Assembly (NCBI GenBank): GCA_018623995.1
Contig: JAAZUV010000001.1
Span: forward strand, 1 to 51,902
Length of the DNA: 51,902 bases
Origin: Methanobacteriota archaeon
GTDB taxonomy: Archaea > Thermoplasmatota > Poseidoniia > Poseidoniales > Poseidoniaceae
Direction: 5' to 3'
The notes below the pieces were generated by a model that was not told the DNA's origin, did not search any database, and saw only the letters and a list, made by a program, of their open reading frames with translations. The translations under genes and the position numbers were made by a program. Each line of letters starts with the position of its first letter. Position 1 is the first letter of the stretch. Of this stretch, positions 37,567 to 47,421 are shown one piece after another.

Positions 37567-37947
37567 TCAAGCAAAGGATTCGCCACAACCACATGAACTT
37601 GAGGCGTTCGGGTTGTTGATTTTGAACCCGCCGCCCATGAGTCGGTCGACATAATCAACTTCAATTCCGTCGAGAAGATGCGATGAAGCGTTAGGAACGA
37701 GCACTCTGAACCCTGAGACTTCAAGTTCTTGGCAGTCGATATCGGTTGATTCGACAATCTGTAGGTCGTACATGTAACCTGAGCAGCCACCCGAAAGGAC
37801 ACCGACCAATAAAGCGTGACTTCGATCATCACCAAAGGCGTCGTTAAGCATTTCAATTGCCTTTTCTGTTAATGTCAATGAAACATCAACAACCTTCGGT
37901 TGGATGATTTCAATTGTTGGCGCAGTTTCACACGTTCCACAGTCCAT
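37567..37947 (-). CDS. iscA: A-type Fe-S carrier (HesB/IscA family)
   Basis: LTEKA, GGCSGYMY, FKINNPNA, CGCGESF. Confidence 0.9.
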   Translation of the reverse strand: MDCGTCETAPTIEIIQPKVVDVSLTLTEKAIEMLNDAFGDDRSHALLVGVLSGGCSGYMYDLQIVESTDIDCQELEVSGFRVLVPNASSHLLDGIEVDYVDRLMGGGFKINNPNASSSCGCGESFA

Positions 37948-37988
37948 GTTTACCCCAACCAACGGTCCATTATGAATCTGACTTCGTT

Positions 37989-40301
37989 TTATCGACGCAT
38001 GAGTTTCTTCTTGCGTTCTTTCTCAAGAATGGTGCAACGACGGATTTGTTCCTTTGCTCGTTTTACTTCTTCATCCGAAAGACCACGTGGAATCGATTGC
38101 TCGTAACACTTGATCGCATCGGGGAATCGTTCCATTTCAGCGTATGCAGTTCCCATGTTGTAGAGGGTTTGTCCTCTTACGTTGGAAGGATCAATCATCA
38201 TCGCTTTGTGATATGATTCTACACAGGCCGGGTACTCTTCCAAAAAGTAGTAAGCGTTTCCTCGTCCATTGAGAATTCGTATAACCATCTGGTTATCATG
38301 TGCAAATGATGGTAGTGCTCTATCGAACGATGAGAGAGCCTCTCGATATTTTCCATCTTCCATTAGTTGGATGCCTTGGTTGTACCAAGATATATCTTGA
38401 TTGGCTACTGAACTTGAATTGGCCGATACAATTGGATTCATTTGAACCATAGCTGTGGCATCAAGGGCAGCTTTCGCAAGGTCAACCTCAACATTGACCT
38501 CTTCAGCAACTGATCTGCTGACAGGTTCAACGGGAGTGAGAAGAAGATCGTTTGCTGCACTCGTCGCTTGTCCTTCAACAACAGTCGGCTGCTCAATTGG
38601 TTGTGCTTGTATTGGTTCTGCAACCATCGCTGGTGGTTCTGGTGCAAAAGGAGGAGGCGTAGCTGTTGGCGGTGGAGGAGGCGTTTCAAACTGCTGTTGA
38701 GGTATCGTTTCAAACTCTGATTGAGGTGGTGATTCCAAATCACGAGCTTTCGTGTGACAACGCTGAGCTGTTTCTAGATCTCCAGCTGCTTCAAGGGACT
38801 TTGCGAGTCCTCTCCACAGAGATGGATTCTCTTTGTCATGTTGGATGAGCTCTTTCCAGACTGTTACTGCTTCAATGTTTTCTCCCTTGAGGGTAAGTGC
38901 TCGTGCTCGGTCAACAGAAGCGCCTGGGCTGAGTAAATCCAAAGCATACTGCGCAAGTTGGGGCGCCTCAGGCATCGTTGGAGGAATGCCGGTGATGTAT
39001 TCGAGAACCTCGACTTCGGTCTCTCCGCATTGAAGAAGGGCTTGGATGATTTCGTTTCGAAGTTCGGGATCGTCTTGGTGCTCAAGAATTTGCATTCCCT
39101 GTGACAAAACGGTTCCTACATCATTTTCTGCTTTTGCAAAGTCAATCAATTTCCGACGTGCTTTAATGTGACGTACGTCAAGTTCAACGGTCTTTTCGAA
39201 TGCTTCCTTGGCACCGGTTTGATTCTCATTCCGTGCATAGAGGCTACCAAGATTGTACCATCCCGATGCAACTGTTTCATCGAGTTTTGTTGCATGTTCC
39301 AGTGCAGCAATGGCGTGGGTGTCAAGTTCCATTCGAGCCATCGCTCCACCAGCAATACGCCATGCACCAGCGTGTTGCGCCCCAATGGTTTTCAGATGTG
39401 GTTTTAAGAGTGCGAGGGCTTTCTTTGGCTCACCTTGACGAATGAGTTCAGTCGCTTCATCCGTAAGCCTATCCAGATTGATTTCTTCTGCTGCTGGACG
39501 TTCTAGAATCTCTGCTTCGATGGTTTCCTCGATTTGTTCCTCTACAATTTGTGTTGCTGCTACGATTCCAGCGGCGCTCTTGAGCTCCTCTTTGTCGAGA
39601 TGGCCATCACCATCAAGATCGTGATGTGCGGCTTCTGCGAGAATGGCTTCTGCATCTTCAATGCCCGTTTCTTCCATAACAACGTTGAGCGTTGATTCTT
39701 GGTGGGTTGCCTTTGTAACAGTTGTTTCAATTTCATCTGGTACTTCCTCAACAGGTGCGCTTTTTGTCCGATTGAGTACATCGGTAAGGCTTGGATGTCC
39801 AGGGAAGAATTCGAGACCTCGTCTTGCCATTGCTGCTGCACCTGCATCGTCACCGATTCGATCGAGCAATATTGCCAAATTTGCTGTTGCTGGAGCATGG
39901 TCTGGATTGAGGTCGAGACAAATTTGGAATGCCTGCCGTGCACCACGAGCATCCTGTTGTGCTTCGAGAAGGACACCACGGTTGAACCATGCCATATCAC
40001 TTGATGGATCCAAAGCAATTGCTTTATTGAACGCAACAAGTGCTTCTTGCGGTGCATTTGACCGTGATTTGTATTCTCCTTCCTCGATGAGTGACTGAAC
40101 TTGCTCCTCTACCGTTAATTCCTCATCGGAGGGGGTATCTCTTGGCGATTCGTCTTCTGCTTCTGCTTCCATTTCTGCTGGTGTTTCTGGTTCAGGTTCA
40201 GCATCATCAGAATGGACCATAGAACCGAGTCCTGCTGAGCGCAAAGCATCCGCCATGTCGTTCATCAATGCATTTGACATCTCATCGTCCTCAGCACGCA
40301 T
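37989..40301 (-). CDS. Tetratricopeptide-repeat protein with EF-hand-like loop and Pro-rich linker
   Basis: Multiple TPRs (AWFNRGVLL, GWYNLGSLY, YNMGTAYAEMERFPDAIKCYEQ). Start uncertain (40301 or 40280). Confidence 0.85.
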   Translation of the reverse strand: MRAEDDEMSNALMNDMADALRSAGLGSMVHSDDAEPEPETPAEMEAEAEDESPRDTPSDEELTVEEQVQSLIEEGEYKSRSNAPQEALVAFNKAIALDPSSDMAWFNRGVLLEAQQDARGARQAFQICLDLNPDHAPATANLAILLDRIGDDAGAAAMARRGLEFFPGHPSLTDVLNRTKSAPVEEVPDEIETTVTKATHQESTLNVVMEETGIEDAEAILAEAAHHDLDGDGHLDKEELKSAAGIVAATQIVEEQIEETIEAEILERPAAEEINLDRLTDEATELIRQGEPKKALALLKPHLKTIGAQHAGAWRIAGGAMARMELDTHAIAALEHATKLDETVASGWYNLGSLYARNENQTGAKEAFEKTVELDVRHIKARRKLIDFAKAENDVGTVLSQGMQILEHQDDPELRNEIIQALLQCGETEVEVLEYITGIPPTMPEAPQLAQYALDLLSPGASVDRARALTLKGENIEAVTVWKELIQHDKENPSLWRGLAKSLEAAGDLETAQRCHTKARDLESPPQSEFETIPQQQFETPPPPPTATPPPFAPEPPAMVAEPIQAQPIEQPTVVEGQATSAANDLLLTPVEPVSRSVAEEVNVEVDLAKAALDATAMVQMNPIVSANSSSVANQDISWYNQGIQLMEDGKYREALSSFDRALPSFAHDNQMVIRILNGRGNAYYFLEEYPACVESYHKAMMIDPSNVRGQTLYNMGTAYAEMERFPDAIKCYEQSIPRGLSDEEVKRAKEQIRRCTILEKERKKKLMRR

Positions 40302-40404
40302 AGGCTTGTCCCGTTCTTTGGCAAGACTGTTATGGTATAAGCATAGTTGCTTCATGGCCAAGAAAAATCAATGGATTCATCTATTGCCTGTACTTCGAAA
40401 AGAC

Positions 40405-40956
40405 ATGGCGGACACCCCTCTCAAAATCATGGGCCTTTCTGGTTCAATTGGACGACACTCAAAGAACGGTATGCTGGTTGACTTAGCCTTGAAAAAAGCT
40501 GCAGAGATGGGAGCAGAAACTCATTTTTGGGATTTGCAGGAGAAACCATTGCCACTGGTAGGCGAAGAGGGATGTTGGTCAAATCCAATCGTCAAGGAAT
40601 TTCAGGAAATGGCTTCTTCATGTGATGCATTCCTTGTCTCCTCGCCAGAATACCACGGAACAATGTCTGGTGTGATGAAGAATACCTTTGACTGGGTTTA
40701 CGACCAACATGTTGGTGGAAAAGTGTTCGGCTTGATGTCAACGCTCGGAGGCATGTCCAATTCAAATACGCTCAACCATATGCGCATCATGCTACGTTGG
40801 CTTCATGCAAATCCTGTCTCTCAACAACTTGCGGTTGGGCATGTGAAAGAAGCATTCGGCGAAGATGGAGCATTGGTTGATTCTGATGTGGATCAAAGGC
40901 TTCAGTCTCTTGTTGAATCGGTCATGAAGACGGCTACAATGTATCGCGATTCGTGA
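40405..40956 (+). CDS. NADPH-dependent FMN reductase family protein
   Basis: IMGLSGSIG, SPEYHGTMSGVMKNTFDW. Confidence 0.88.
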   Translation: MADTPLKIMGLSGSIGRHSKNGMLVDLALKKAAEMGAETHFWDLQEKPLPLVGEEGCWSNPIVKEFQEMASSCDAFLVSSPEYHGTMSGVMKNTFDWVYDQHVGGKVFGLMSTLGGMSNSNTLNHMRIMLRWLHANPVSQQLAVGHVKEAFGEDGALVDSDVDQRLQSLVESVMKTATMYRDS

Positions 40957-40960
40957 TGAT

Positions 40961-41707
40961 ATGAACAGCAATCGTCCCTCTTTTGAGGATACGTTCGGAG
41001 GCACGTATCTTCTCGTTGAACCAGGTTCGTTTAACCTCGGTGATGAGGTGGGATCTGGACACCCAAACGAGCAACCGATTGTCTCAGTTGAAGTTTCAGA
41101 ACCATTTTTCTTAGGAGTTCGTCCAGTAACCCAAGCCCACTGGACCGCAGTTATGAACAACAATCCTTCAAAATTTCAAGATGGTTGGAGCGCAGGTCTT
41201 AGGCCTGTTGAAAGGGTCTCATTTGACGATGTCCACGTCTTCCTAAAAAGGCTCAACAATGAACAAGAAGAGTACATTGGGTTCAAAGGATATTGGAGAC
41301 TTCCATCTGAAACCGAGTGGGAATATGTTGCGAAAGCAGGTACCAAATCGCGATGGTCTTTTGGCAACAAAGATTCAGAACTTGACGCCCATGGATGGCA
41401 TGCTGGGAACAGTGGTGCTACAACCAGAGAAGTGGGCTCGAAGAAAGCAAATCCATGGGGCTTCTTCGATATGCATGGTCTTGTCCATGAGATGACGAGC
41501 GATGCATGGCAACCATCGCACGAAGGTCGTCATCAACAGCAAAATCCCGTTGGTTCAGTTAACGAACATTACGTAGCGAAAGGCGGTTCATGGTTCACAG
41601 AATCAGATTCAACCCGATCGTCATCTCGACGTAAAGTTCACCGAAAAGACCGCAAAGATGGCATCGGTCTGCGCCTTGTTTGGGAGCCATCTGAACCTGT
41701 TGCTTAG
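40961..41707 (+). CDS. Formylglycine-generating enzyme (SUMF1)-family domain protein
   Basis: PVTQAHW, PVERVSFDD, RLPSETEWEY, NPWGFFDMHG, KGGSW, IGLRL. Confidence 0.88.
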   Translation: MNSNRPSFEDTFGGTYLLVEPGSFNLGDEVGSGHPNEQPIVSVEVSEPFFLGVRPVTQAHWTAVMNNNPSKFQDGWSAGLRPVERVSFDDVHVFLKRLNNEQEEYIGFKGYWRLPSETEWEYVAKAGTKSRWSFGNKDSELDAHGWHAGNSGATTREVGSKKANPWGFFDMHGLVHEMTSDAWQPSHEGRHQQQNPVGSVNEHYVAKGGSWFTESDSTRSSSRRKVHRKDRKDGIGLRLVWEPSEPVA

Positions 41708-42198
41708 TCCCCGTTCCGGATTACTGTATCCATTTCAAAATCAGGGTCATCCACAAGTGTTTGACCCATTGGAATTTTTCCGGGTCGTGTGTCCCAATCA
41801 ATTTCCTCAATACGATCGACAAATCGCATGACATTCAATCCGATAAAGACCTGAATGCCTGCATGTGTCCTGTGAACAACGGGTGATACGTCTTCATGGA
41901 ATGTTGCATTCATGTGTTCACAAACCTCTGCAAACGTTCGTCGGCCGTTGCACAATTCCCACAACACGCTGTTTTTGTCCAATAGAGGACGTCGAAGTTC
42001 ATGTGGTGCTCTCATGAGTTTAGCAAACACTCGTTCAATGCGACCAAATTTTTTCTCAAAACGAAGGACTATGCGTTTACCTGTACAACCTTCAACATCA
42101 GGATGAGGTCCCGAATCTCCTGTTCGACACCACCAAACTGGAAGCCGAACCGGAATTTTATCTGCCAATGGGTGTTGGTCTAGATCGCTTAATTCCAT
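41704..42198 (-). CDS. PqqD-family-like protein
   Basis: LDKNSVLWELCNGRRTFAEVCEHM resembles the PqqD winged helix. ATG 42198 follows GAGGG after the upstream small ORF. Confidence 0.6.
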   Translation of the reverse strand: MELSDLDQHPLADKIPVRLPVWWCRTGDSGPHPDVEGCTGKRIVLRFEKKFGRIERVFAKLMRAPHELRRPLLDKNSVLWELCNGRRTFAEVCEHMNATFHEDVSPVVHRTHAGIQVFIGLNVMRFVDRIEEIDWDTRPGKIPMGQTLVDDPDFEMDTVIRNGD

Positions 42199-42206
42199 AC
42201 AATCCC

Positions 42207-42380
42207 TCAGAAATCTGTCCAGGTCCAAATGACGAGACTGAGCATAGAAACGACACCAATCAAGGCAGAAATCCGAACCAACTCCTGACGTTTACTGAAT
42301 TTGTCAAGGTACCACGTTAACATTCCAAAAAATGCGACAGCAACCCAAAGGAAATACCAGATAGGATTGTCCTTGGCCAT
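42207..42380 (-). CDS. Small two-TM membrane protein (57 aa; not in ORF track)
   Basis: Own translation: MAKDNPIWYFLWVAVAFFGMLTWYLDKFSKRQELVRISALIGVVSMLSLVIWTWTDF; fills the gap between two co-oriented genes. Confidence 0.7.
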   Translation of the reverse strand: MAKDNPIWYFLWVAVAFFGMLTWYLDKFSKRQELVRISALIGVVSMLSLVIWTWTDF

Positions 42381-42401
42381 GTTGTCCCATCTCTAACCCC
42401 A

Positions 42402-45400
42402 TCATGGCTGTTTCCCTAATCGATCAAGGTATTGTTGGCCGTAATGCACCCATTGCTCCATCGACCATCCTGCCGGAAGACCCTCTTCGGGGAGTGGTGG
42501 TCCTGAGTTTACAGGTGAATCTTGACTAACGACTTTTTCATCGACAGGGGCAGATGGTTGAACTAATGGTTGCTGCGATATTGGAGGGCCTGCAACAAAG
42601 ACTTCGTCTTCCTCAACTGGGATTCTTTGTCGACGAATGACAAAGAGAATTGCTGCAAGTACGATGAACCCGAGGACCGATGCAACAAGGGTTGGTCCAT
42701 TGAGATTCTTTGAGAGGAATGATTCCTGTTGTGCGGGCCGTTCGAAGCTGAATGTTCGCGCATCTGTGAATTCTATTACCCCATCCGTTGTTGATGCACG
42801 GATAAGAACATCACCATTGTAGGAACCTCCTAATCTCTGTACTTGGCATCGTATGTCTTTCAGGCTCTCCGTGCTTCTTGAATAAGGCAATGAAACGTTC
42901 GTTTGCTCGTTGGTTGCTACGAGTGTCCCATCGCACGTAACTTGCCAGTTGTCTGGATGGGAAATGGCGTAAGAGACGTCTTCTGATTGCGTCGAATAAC
43001 TCGTCAGGTTTAGCCAAAATTCACCAAAAGTCACATCCGTTTGATTGTCCTGTGATGACAGCTCCATTGCAATCTTTCTCTGCTGATCGACCGTAATCAA
43101 TGTCTGACGCTCAATACGAACGATTTCACCTTCTGCATCCATGCCTCCTTCGACAAACACGGTTACAACAATTCGCGTGTTGAGTGGAACATTATCTCCA
43201 ACAACAACATCAACAAAAATTGTCTTTGTGGAGCCGGCGCTCATCGGAAACGTCAGAATGTTGCCGGATTCGGATGTAGGCCCGCCAACGCCAGCGGTTA
43301 GGAAGGCGACAACATCGCTTGTCGGCGGGGAAGTAGAAAGATCGAAACCAACATCCATACTTGATTCCAGAGCGTTTCCGATGTTTGTAACAGTGCCATT
43401 GAGTGAGACAGTCGTACCAACCATGGCGTGATAATCGAGTGATGACCCATTGTATTCTGGATACTTAACGCTACCAGTGATCATATCGATTGAAACATGA
43501 TTGTCTGAGAACTCAATATCTTGCCCTTCTGGGTGAAGTTCGAGTGTGATGGTGTGGAATTCCCCAGCTGCTTCCGTCATGGGAACCTCCAACAATACGT
43601 CGAATTCAATGGAATTCTCTCCTGAATATACAACTCCTAAGTCGATGCTGTTTGTTTCCTGAATCACTCCATCCACTCGAATTGAGTAGGTCCAGGATTC
43701 AGGTGCATCGACAAGACGTATCGTTGCACTTGTCGGACCATTTCCGTTGTTGATTGCCTCGAGTCCAATAATCGTCGTAGCGCCTGGTTTGAGCACCGAC
43801 TCCGAATCAACCATGAGCAGTTCCACATCGTACAACGTCTCAATCACAATGTTGCTGTATTCTGGCCCGTCGTATTGCATCCCACTTCGTGTTGAAGTGA
43901 GAATTGGATTGAATGTAGGGGCAACGTCGTTTGCCTGAGCGTTCTCAGGTGCCGTCACTGCAATGTAGAACGATGCACTAGACTCGGGATTAATCACGAT
44001 TGACGGACGTTGTTCAGCTTCAATCTTCCATCCAATCGCTTCGATGAAGTCAACAGATAAATCAAAACTATCCTGGCGTGTTGCCTGGTTTGTAATAGTG
44101 TATTGAATTTCAACTCTCTCTCCAGACGATAACATCGTTGTATCCATCGCATCGATATCAAGTTCAATCAAAGCATTGGATATCATCGATGCTTGGATGA
44201 CAATCGATTCAGTGAGGGTTCGTGAGGTGTCATTTTGAGCTGTCATCGTCAACCAAAAGTCGCCTGTTTTTTCAGGCGTCTCTCCAGCTGGTACCGTCAT
44301 GATGAGTTTGACAGATTGTATTTGGTTCGGTATGAGTCGAATGGATGGGGATTGGTCAAACGCAAGATTGACACTCCAACCAGCATCCAACGATTTTGGT
44401 GCTGTTTGTAGATCAAAGACATCGGTTGCTTGACCTACGTTTTCGACATCAATGAAGAAGGCGCACGATGAACCTGGTGCACATTTTGGTTTTGTTTCGG
44501 GAATATGAATGAATGGAATTCGATCTGCTGAAACTTGATACTGCATTGACTCTTCGACGGAGAAACTTGGATTCTGCAAACTACTGGCTGCAAATGTGAG
44601 AGGTACGAAACCAACTGTTGCATTCGGACTTGGTTGTAACTTTACATCGATTTGACGCGATTCACCGGGAAGGAGACGAACACCTGTGTTTGGATTCACA
44701 CCCGCACCACTTGGGAACGAAAACGCAACATTCCAATCATTCGGAAGATTTGGAACTGAGGGCACCAATGAATCACTTATGTTTCCTGTGTTGGTGAGTT
44801 CCAACCGAATTTTGCCCCAAGCGCCTGGTATGGAGCCGTCAGTGAAGATACCTGTGACGTCGACGTTGTATTCTTCAGTTCTCGCAGCTTGGTCATAAAC
44901 AAGAACAAAATCATCAAACCAGTATCCTACATCAGTTCCGGCTGAATCACTCGTAAACGTAAATTTGAATCGAGAATTTGAATGGAAGTGAGAATTCACA
45001 TCGGCTGGAATCAATGGTGTGGTGTGGCCCATGTGGTTGTTTGAAATCGTTTGCCAGTTGGCGAGTGTCGCTCCGACAGTGCCTGCAATGGTTGCCAAAT
45101 CATCCCACGCGCCTTGGTTATTTAGCGCATAGACTTTCATGTTGTCATTGACTTGTGCACTACCCGTGTAAAAGAACGTCAAACCGTTTGTTCTGGTAGG
45201 ATTCGCCACGATATCACTCATGTCCATGATTGGTGTCATGAGATCCGTCAGCAAATTGTTGCCATAATTACCAGACTGCCCTTGTCCTACGTGGCATGCT
45301 TGACCCATGCTCAGAGCTGTGTCTGAGTTTGTACCCCAATACGACCCAGCGTTCCAACCAACGAGAGATGTACAGGTGAAATACATCGTTGCAACCGTAT

Positions 45401-45926
45401 AGTGGCGGTTGAATGCATCGTTGGATGGATTGTCATCTATACCTTGGAACGACGGCGTGATCACAAGCGAATGATTCCCGGAATAGTTGACGAAGACGTT
45501 GTAGAATGTTGCTGTACCTTGGCCGCTTGAAGCAAGACTGTTCATCGTTACTGTCCTGTTTGCAAGTTCAAATCGTTCGTACTCGTTGTGTAGAATCAAC
45601 AGATTGACTGTGATGATCCCGGAAGCAGTGTTTCCGTCATTTCGAACCGTTACCTCGATATCCATTGGTGTAGCATTAACAGAGTCAACGACGTAGAGAT
45701 TCTTTGGCCGATCAAAGCCCAATATCGGATGATTCGAAGAGAACATTTTGTATTGAGATTCATCACTTGGATTTGAATACGAAATTGAGACATCGGTTGC
45801 TGAGAGATCGATGCCGCTGTTTTTCGGGCTGCTAGGCTGTTGTTGAACATCGAGCAATTCAGTGTTTGAGATGGGCTGAAGAACCAGCAGAAGAATCAGC
45901 AGTCCGGCCACACCAAACCTTGGCAT
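42402..45926 (-). CDS. Large surface protein with CARDB/NEW3-like Ig repeats, C-terminal TM and cytoplasmic GPPLP...GW.MEQW..YG tail
   Basis: Signal peptide after ATG 45926 (GGAG upstream), repeated N-x-G-N Ig-type strands, GYWFDD motif, C-terminal TM. Confidence 0.8.
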   Translation of the reverse strand: MPRFGVAGLLILLLVLQPISNTELLDVQQQPSSPKNSGIDLSATDVSISYSNPSDESQYKMFSSNHPILGFDRPKNLYVVDSVNATPMDIEVTVRNDGNTASGIITVNLLILHNEYERFELANRTVTMNSLASSGQGTATFYNVFVNYSGNHSLVITPSFQGIDDNPSNDAFNRHYTVATMYFTCTSLVGWNAGSYWGTNSDTALSMGQACHVGQGQSGNYGNNLLTDLMTPIMDMSDIVANPTRTNGLTFFYTGSAQVNDNMKVYALNNQGAWDDLATIAGTVGATLANWQTISNNHMGHTTPLIPADVNSHFHSNSRFKFTFTSDSAGTDVGYWFDDFVLVYDQAARTEEYNVDVTGIFTDGSIPGAWGKIRLELTNTGNISDSLVPSVPNLPNDWNVAFSFPSGAGVNPNTGVRLLPGESRQIDVKLQPSPNATVGFVPLTFAASSLQNPSFSVEESMQYQVSADRIPFIHIPETKPKCAPGSSCAFFIDVENVGQATDVFDLQTAPKSLDAGWSVNLAFDQSPSIRLIPNQIQSVKLIMTVPAGETPEKTGDFWLTMTAQNDTSRTLTESIVIQASMISNALIELDIDAMDTTMLSSGERVEIQYTITNQATRQDSFDLSVDFIEAIGWKIEAEQRPSIVINPESSASFYIAVTAPENAQANDVAPTFNPILTSTRSGMQYDGPEYSNIVIETLYDVELLMVDSESVLKPGATTIIGLEAINNGNGPTSATIRLVDAPESWTYSIRVDGVIQETNSIDLGVVYSGENSIEFDVLLEVPMTEAAGEFHTITLELHPEGQDIEFSDNHVSIDMITGSVKYPEYNGSSLDYHAMVGTTVSLNGTVTNIGNALESSMDVGFDLSTSPPTSDVVAFLTAGVGGPTSESGNILTFPMSAGSTKTIFVDVVVGDNVPLNTRIVVTVFVEGGMDAEGEIVRIERQTLITVDQQRKIAMELSSQDNQTDVTFGEFWLNLTSYSTQSEDVSYAISHPDNWQVTCDGTLVATNEQTNVSLPYSRSTESLKDIRCQVQRLGGSYNGDVLIRASTTDGVIEFTDARTFSFERPAQQESFLSKNLNGPTLVASVLGFIVLAAILFVIRRQRIPVEEDEVFVAGPPISQQPLVQPSAPVDEKVVSQDSPVNSGPPLPEEGLPAGWSMEQWVHYGQQYLDRLGKQP

Positions 45927-45955
45927 GGCGGTTAATCCGCTCCTATGTATTTGAT

Positions 45956-46804
45956 TTATTCGCTCGAGGAGTCTTCGTTGGCGAGTCTCAACTTTTCCTC
46001 GTTTTTCCGTTCCTTTGCACGAGCAGCAAAGTAGACCGTAAAGGATGGAATCAAAACCATTGAAAAACATCCAACGACTGCTGCGAGAGCCCAAAGGAAC
46101 TCAGTAGCCGCATCGATTTCAAACAGTTCTACACTCGCAAAAGCCTCGTTGACAGTGTAAACGTTGACTTGAGGCTGAACCGATTTGTTTCCAGGCTCTG
46201 TAATCTGGATGATGATTTGGGAGGGGGAGTGTGTGTAGTTGATTTCACTGCGTGCTAACGATTCCGCTTCACCAAGTGAATCGGCGAAGACTGTGCCATT
46301 CGATCGCCGTGCGGGATCAGTAGAGGTTAGCGATTGAATGTTTACTTCACTTGATTCAGCTTCAACCTCAATCGATTCTCCGTATACACAGTGTTCGGAA
46401 CATCGGAAATCAACAGTTTTACCATCGACGACAACCTCCGCATCATCAACACCAAGGAATGGGTGGGAATACAATTTACCGTCGTTTGTCATTTTGACAA
46501 CCGCTCCACTTGCCAAATCAGTGACAGTCATGTTGACCCACGTGAGATTTGCACCATCGGCAGACACGGTACCAATCCATGTTGTTTCGTTGTTCTGGAC
46601 GATCTTTGTCAATTCGAGATTCTCAAACGATGAATCCGTTGCTTCGGTTTCGTAGATGTAATAGCTTGGAGAAATTGTGGCTCCATACACTGCATATGAC
46701 AACAAAATGATGAGTGTTAATGATAACCCAATGAGCGTTCTCAAGAGGTTCGGGTTTTGGGCCAACGCCTTCTTCATCAACCAATCCAAAACCCAGCCAT
46801 TCAT
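45956..46804 (-). CDS. Hypothetical membrane protein (two TMs flanking a beta-rich domain)
   Basis: Hydrophobic segments near both ends. Start uncertain. Confidence 0.65.
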   Translation of the reverse strand: MNGWVLDWLMKKALAQNPNLLRTLIGLSLTLIILLSYAVYGATISPSYYIYETEATDSSFENLELTKIVQNNETTWIGTVSADGANLTWVNMTVTDLASGAVVKMTNDGKLYSHPFLGVDDAEVVVDGKTVDFRCSEHCVYGESIEVEAESSEVNIQSLTSTDPARRSNGTVFADSLGEAESLARSEINYTHSPSQIIIQITEPGNKSVQPQVNVYTVNEAFASVELFEIDAATEFLWALAAVVGCFSMVLIPSFTVYFAARAKERKNEEKLRLANEDSSSE

Positions 46805-46912
46805 GAACACTTGCACGTGGCCAAAAACACAATGATGCTCTTCATTCATGAGGGTTAATCGCCCGCTTTATTCAAATAGGGGAGATAAGTCGCAGGGTTG
46901 CTTGGTGTAGTT

Positions 46913-47407
46913 ATGACGACGTTTTACGATGTTCCTGCTAATTTCCTGATTCCTGCTCTCGCAGAGCAATTGAAGAGCAATGCTGCGATTTCGATGCCTG
47001 ACTGGGCAGATGTTGTCAAGACTGGTTCCTCCCGTGAGCGCCCTCCGACTCAAACGGACTGGTGGCAGACACGTGCTGCTGCACTTTTGCGCAAGATTGC
47101 ACGTCAAGGTCCTATTGGCGTCACAGCGCTCTCCCAAGAGTACGGTGGCCGCAAGAACAACGGTTCCAAACCAAACACACCTGGGGTTGGATCTCGTAAA
47201 GTCATTCGTGCCATTGTTCAGCAACTCGAAGACGCTGGCCTCGTTTCCACTCAACCTGGTCGCTTGGTTGAACCAGAAGGTCGTGAAGCAACACAACTGT
47301 TCAACGGACGTATCATCACTGCCGCTGGCCACAAACTCCTCAATGAAGTCGCACACAGTGTTCGACCACAAGTTGAAGAAGCCTATCCAGGCCTCGACAA
47401 GTACTGA
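46913..47407 (+). CDS. rps19e: 30S ribosomal protein S19e
   Basis: MTTFYDVPA, WADVVKTG, ERPP...WWQTRAAALLRK, QQLEDAG. Confidence 0.96.
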   Translation: MTTFYDVPANFLIPALAEQLKSNAAISMPDWADVVKTGSSRERPPTQTDWWQTRAAALLRKIARQGPIGVTALSQEYGGRKNNGSKPNTPGVGSRKVIRAIVQQLEDAGLVSTQPGRLVEPEGREATQLFNGRIITAAGHKLLNEVAHSVRPQVEEAYPGLDKY

Positions 47408-47421
47408 ATGGATGTGAGAAT

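Noticed and set aside
40961..41707. FGE-type C-lectin-fold gene as a diversity-generating retroelement target or an active formylglycine enzyme
   Set aside because: No reverse transcriptase or template repeat was seen in the window, and the catalytic cysteines after GGS are absent (KGGSWFTESDS).
45927..46094. ORF-track N-terminal extensions of the surface protein, endA (25906-26112) and FMN reductase (40255-40404)
   Set aside because: They overlap neighbouring real genes, and better downstream ATGs exist.
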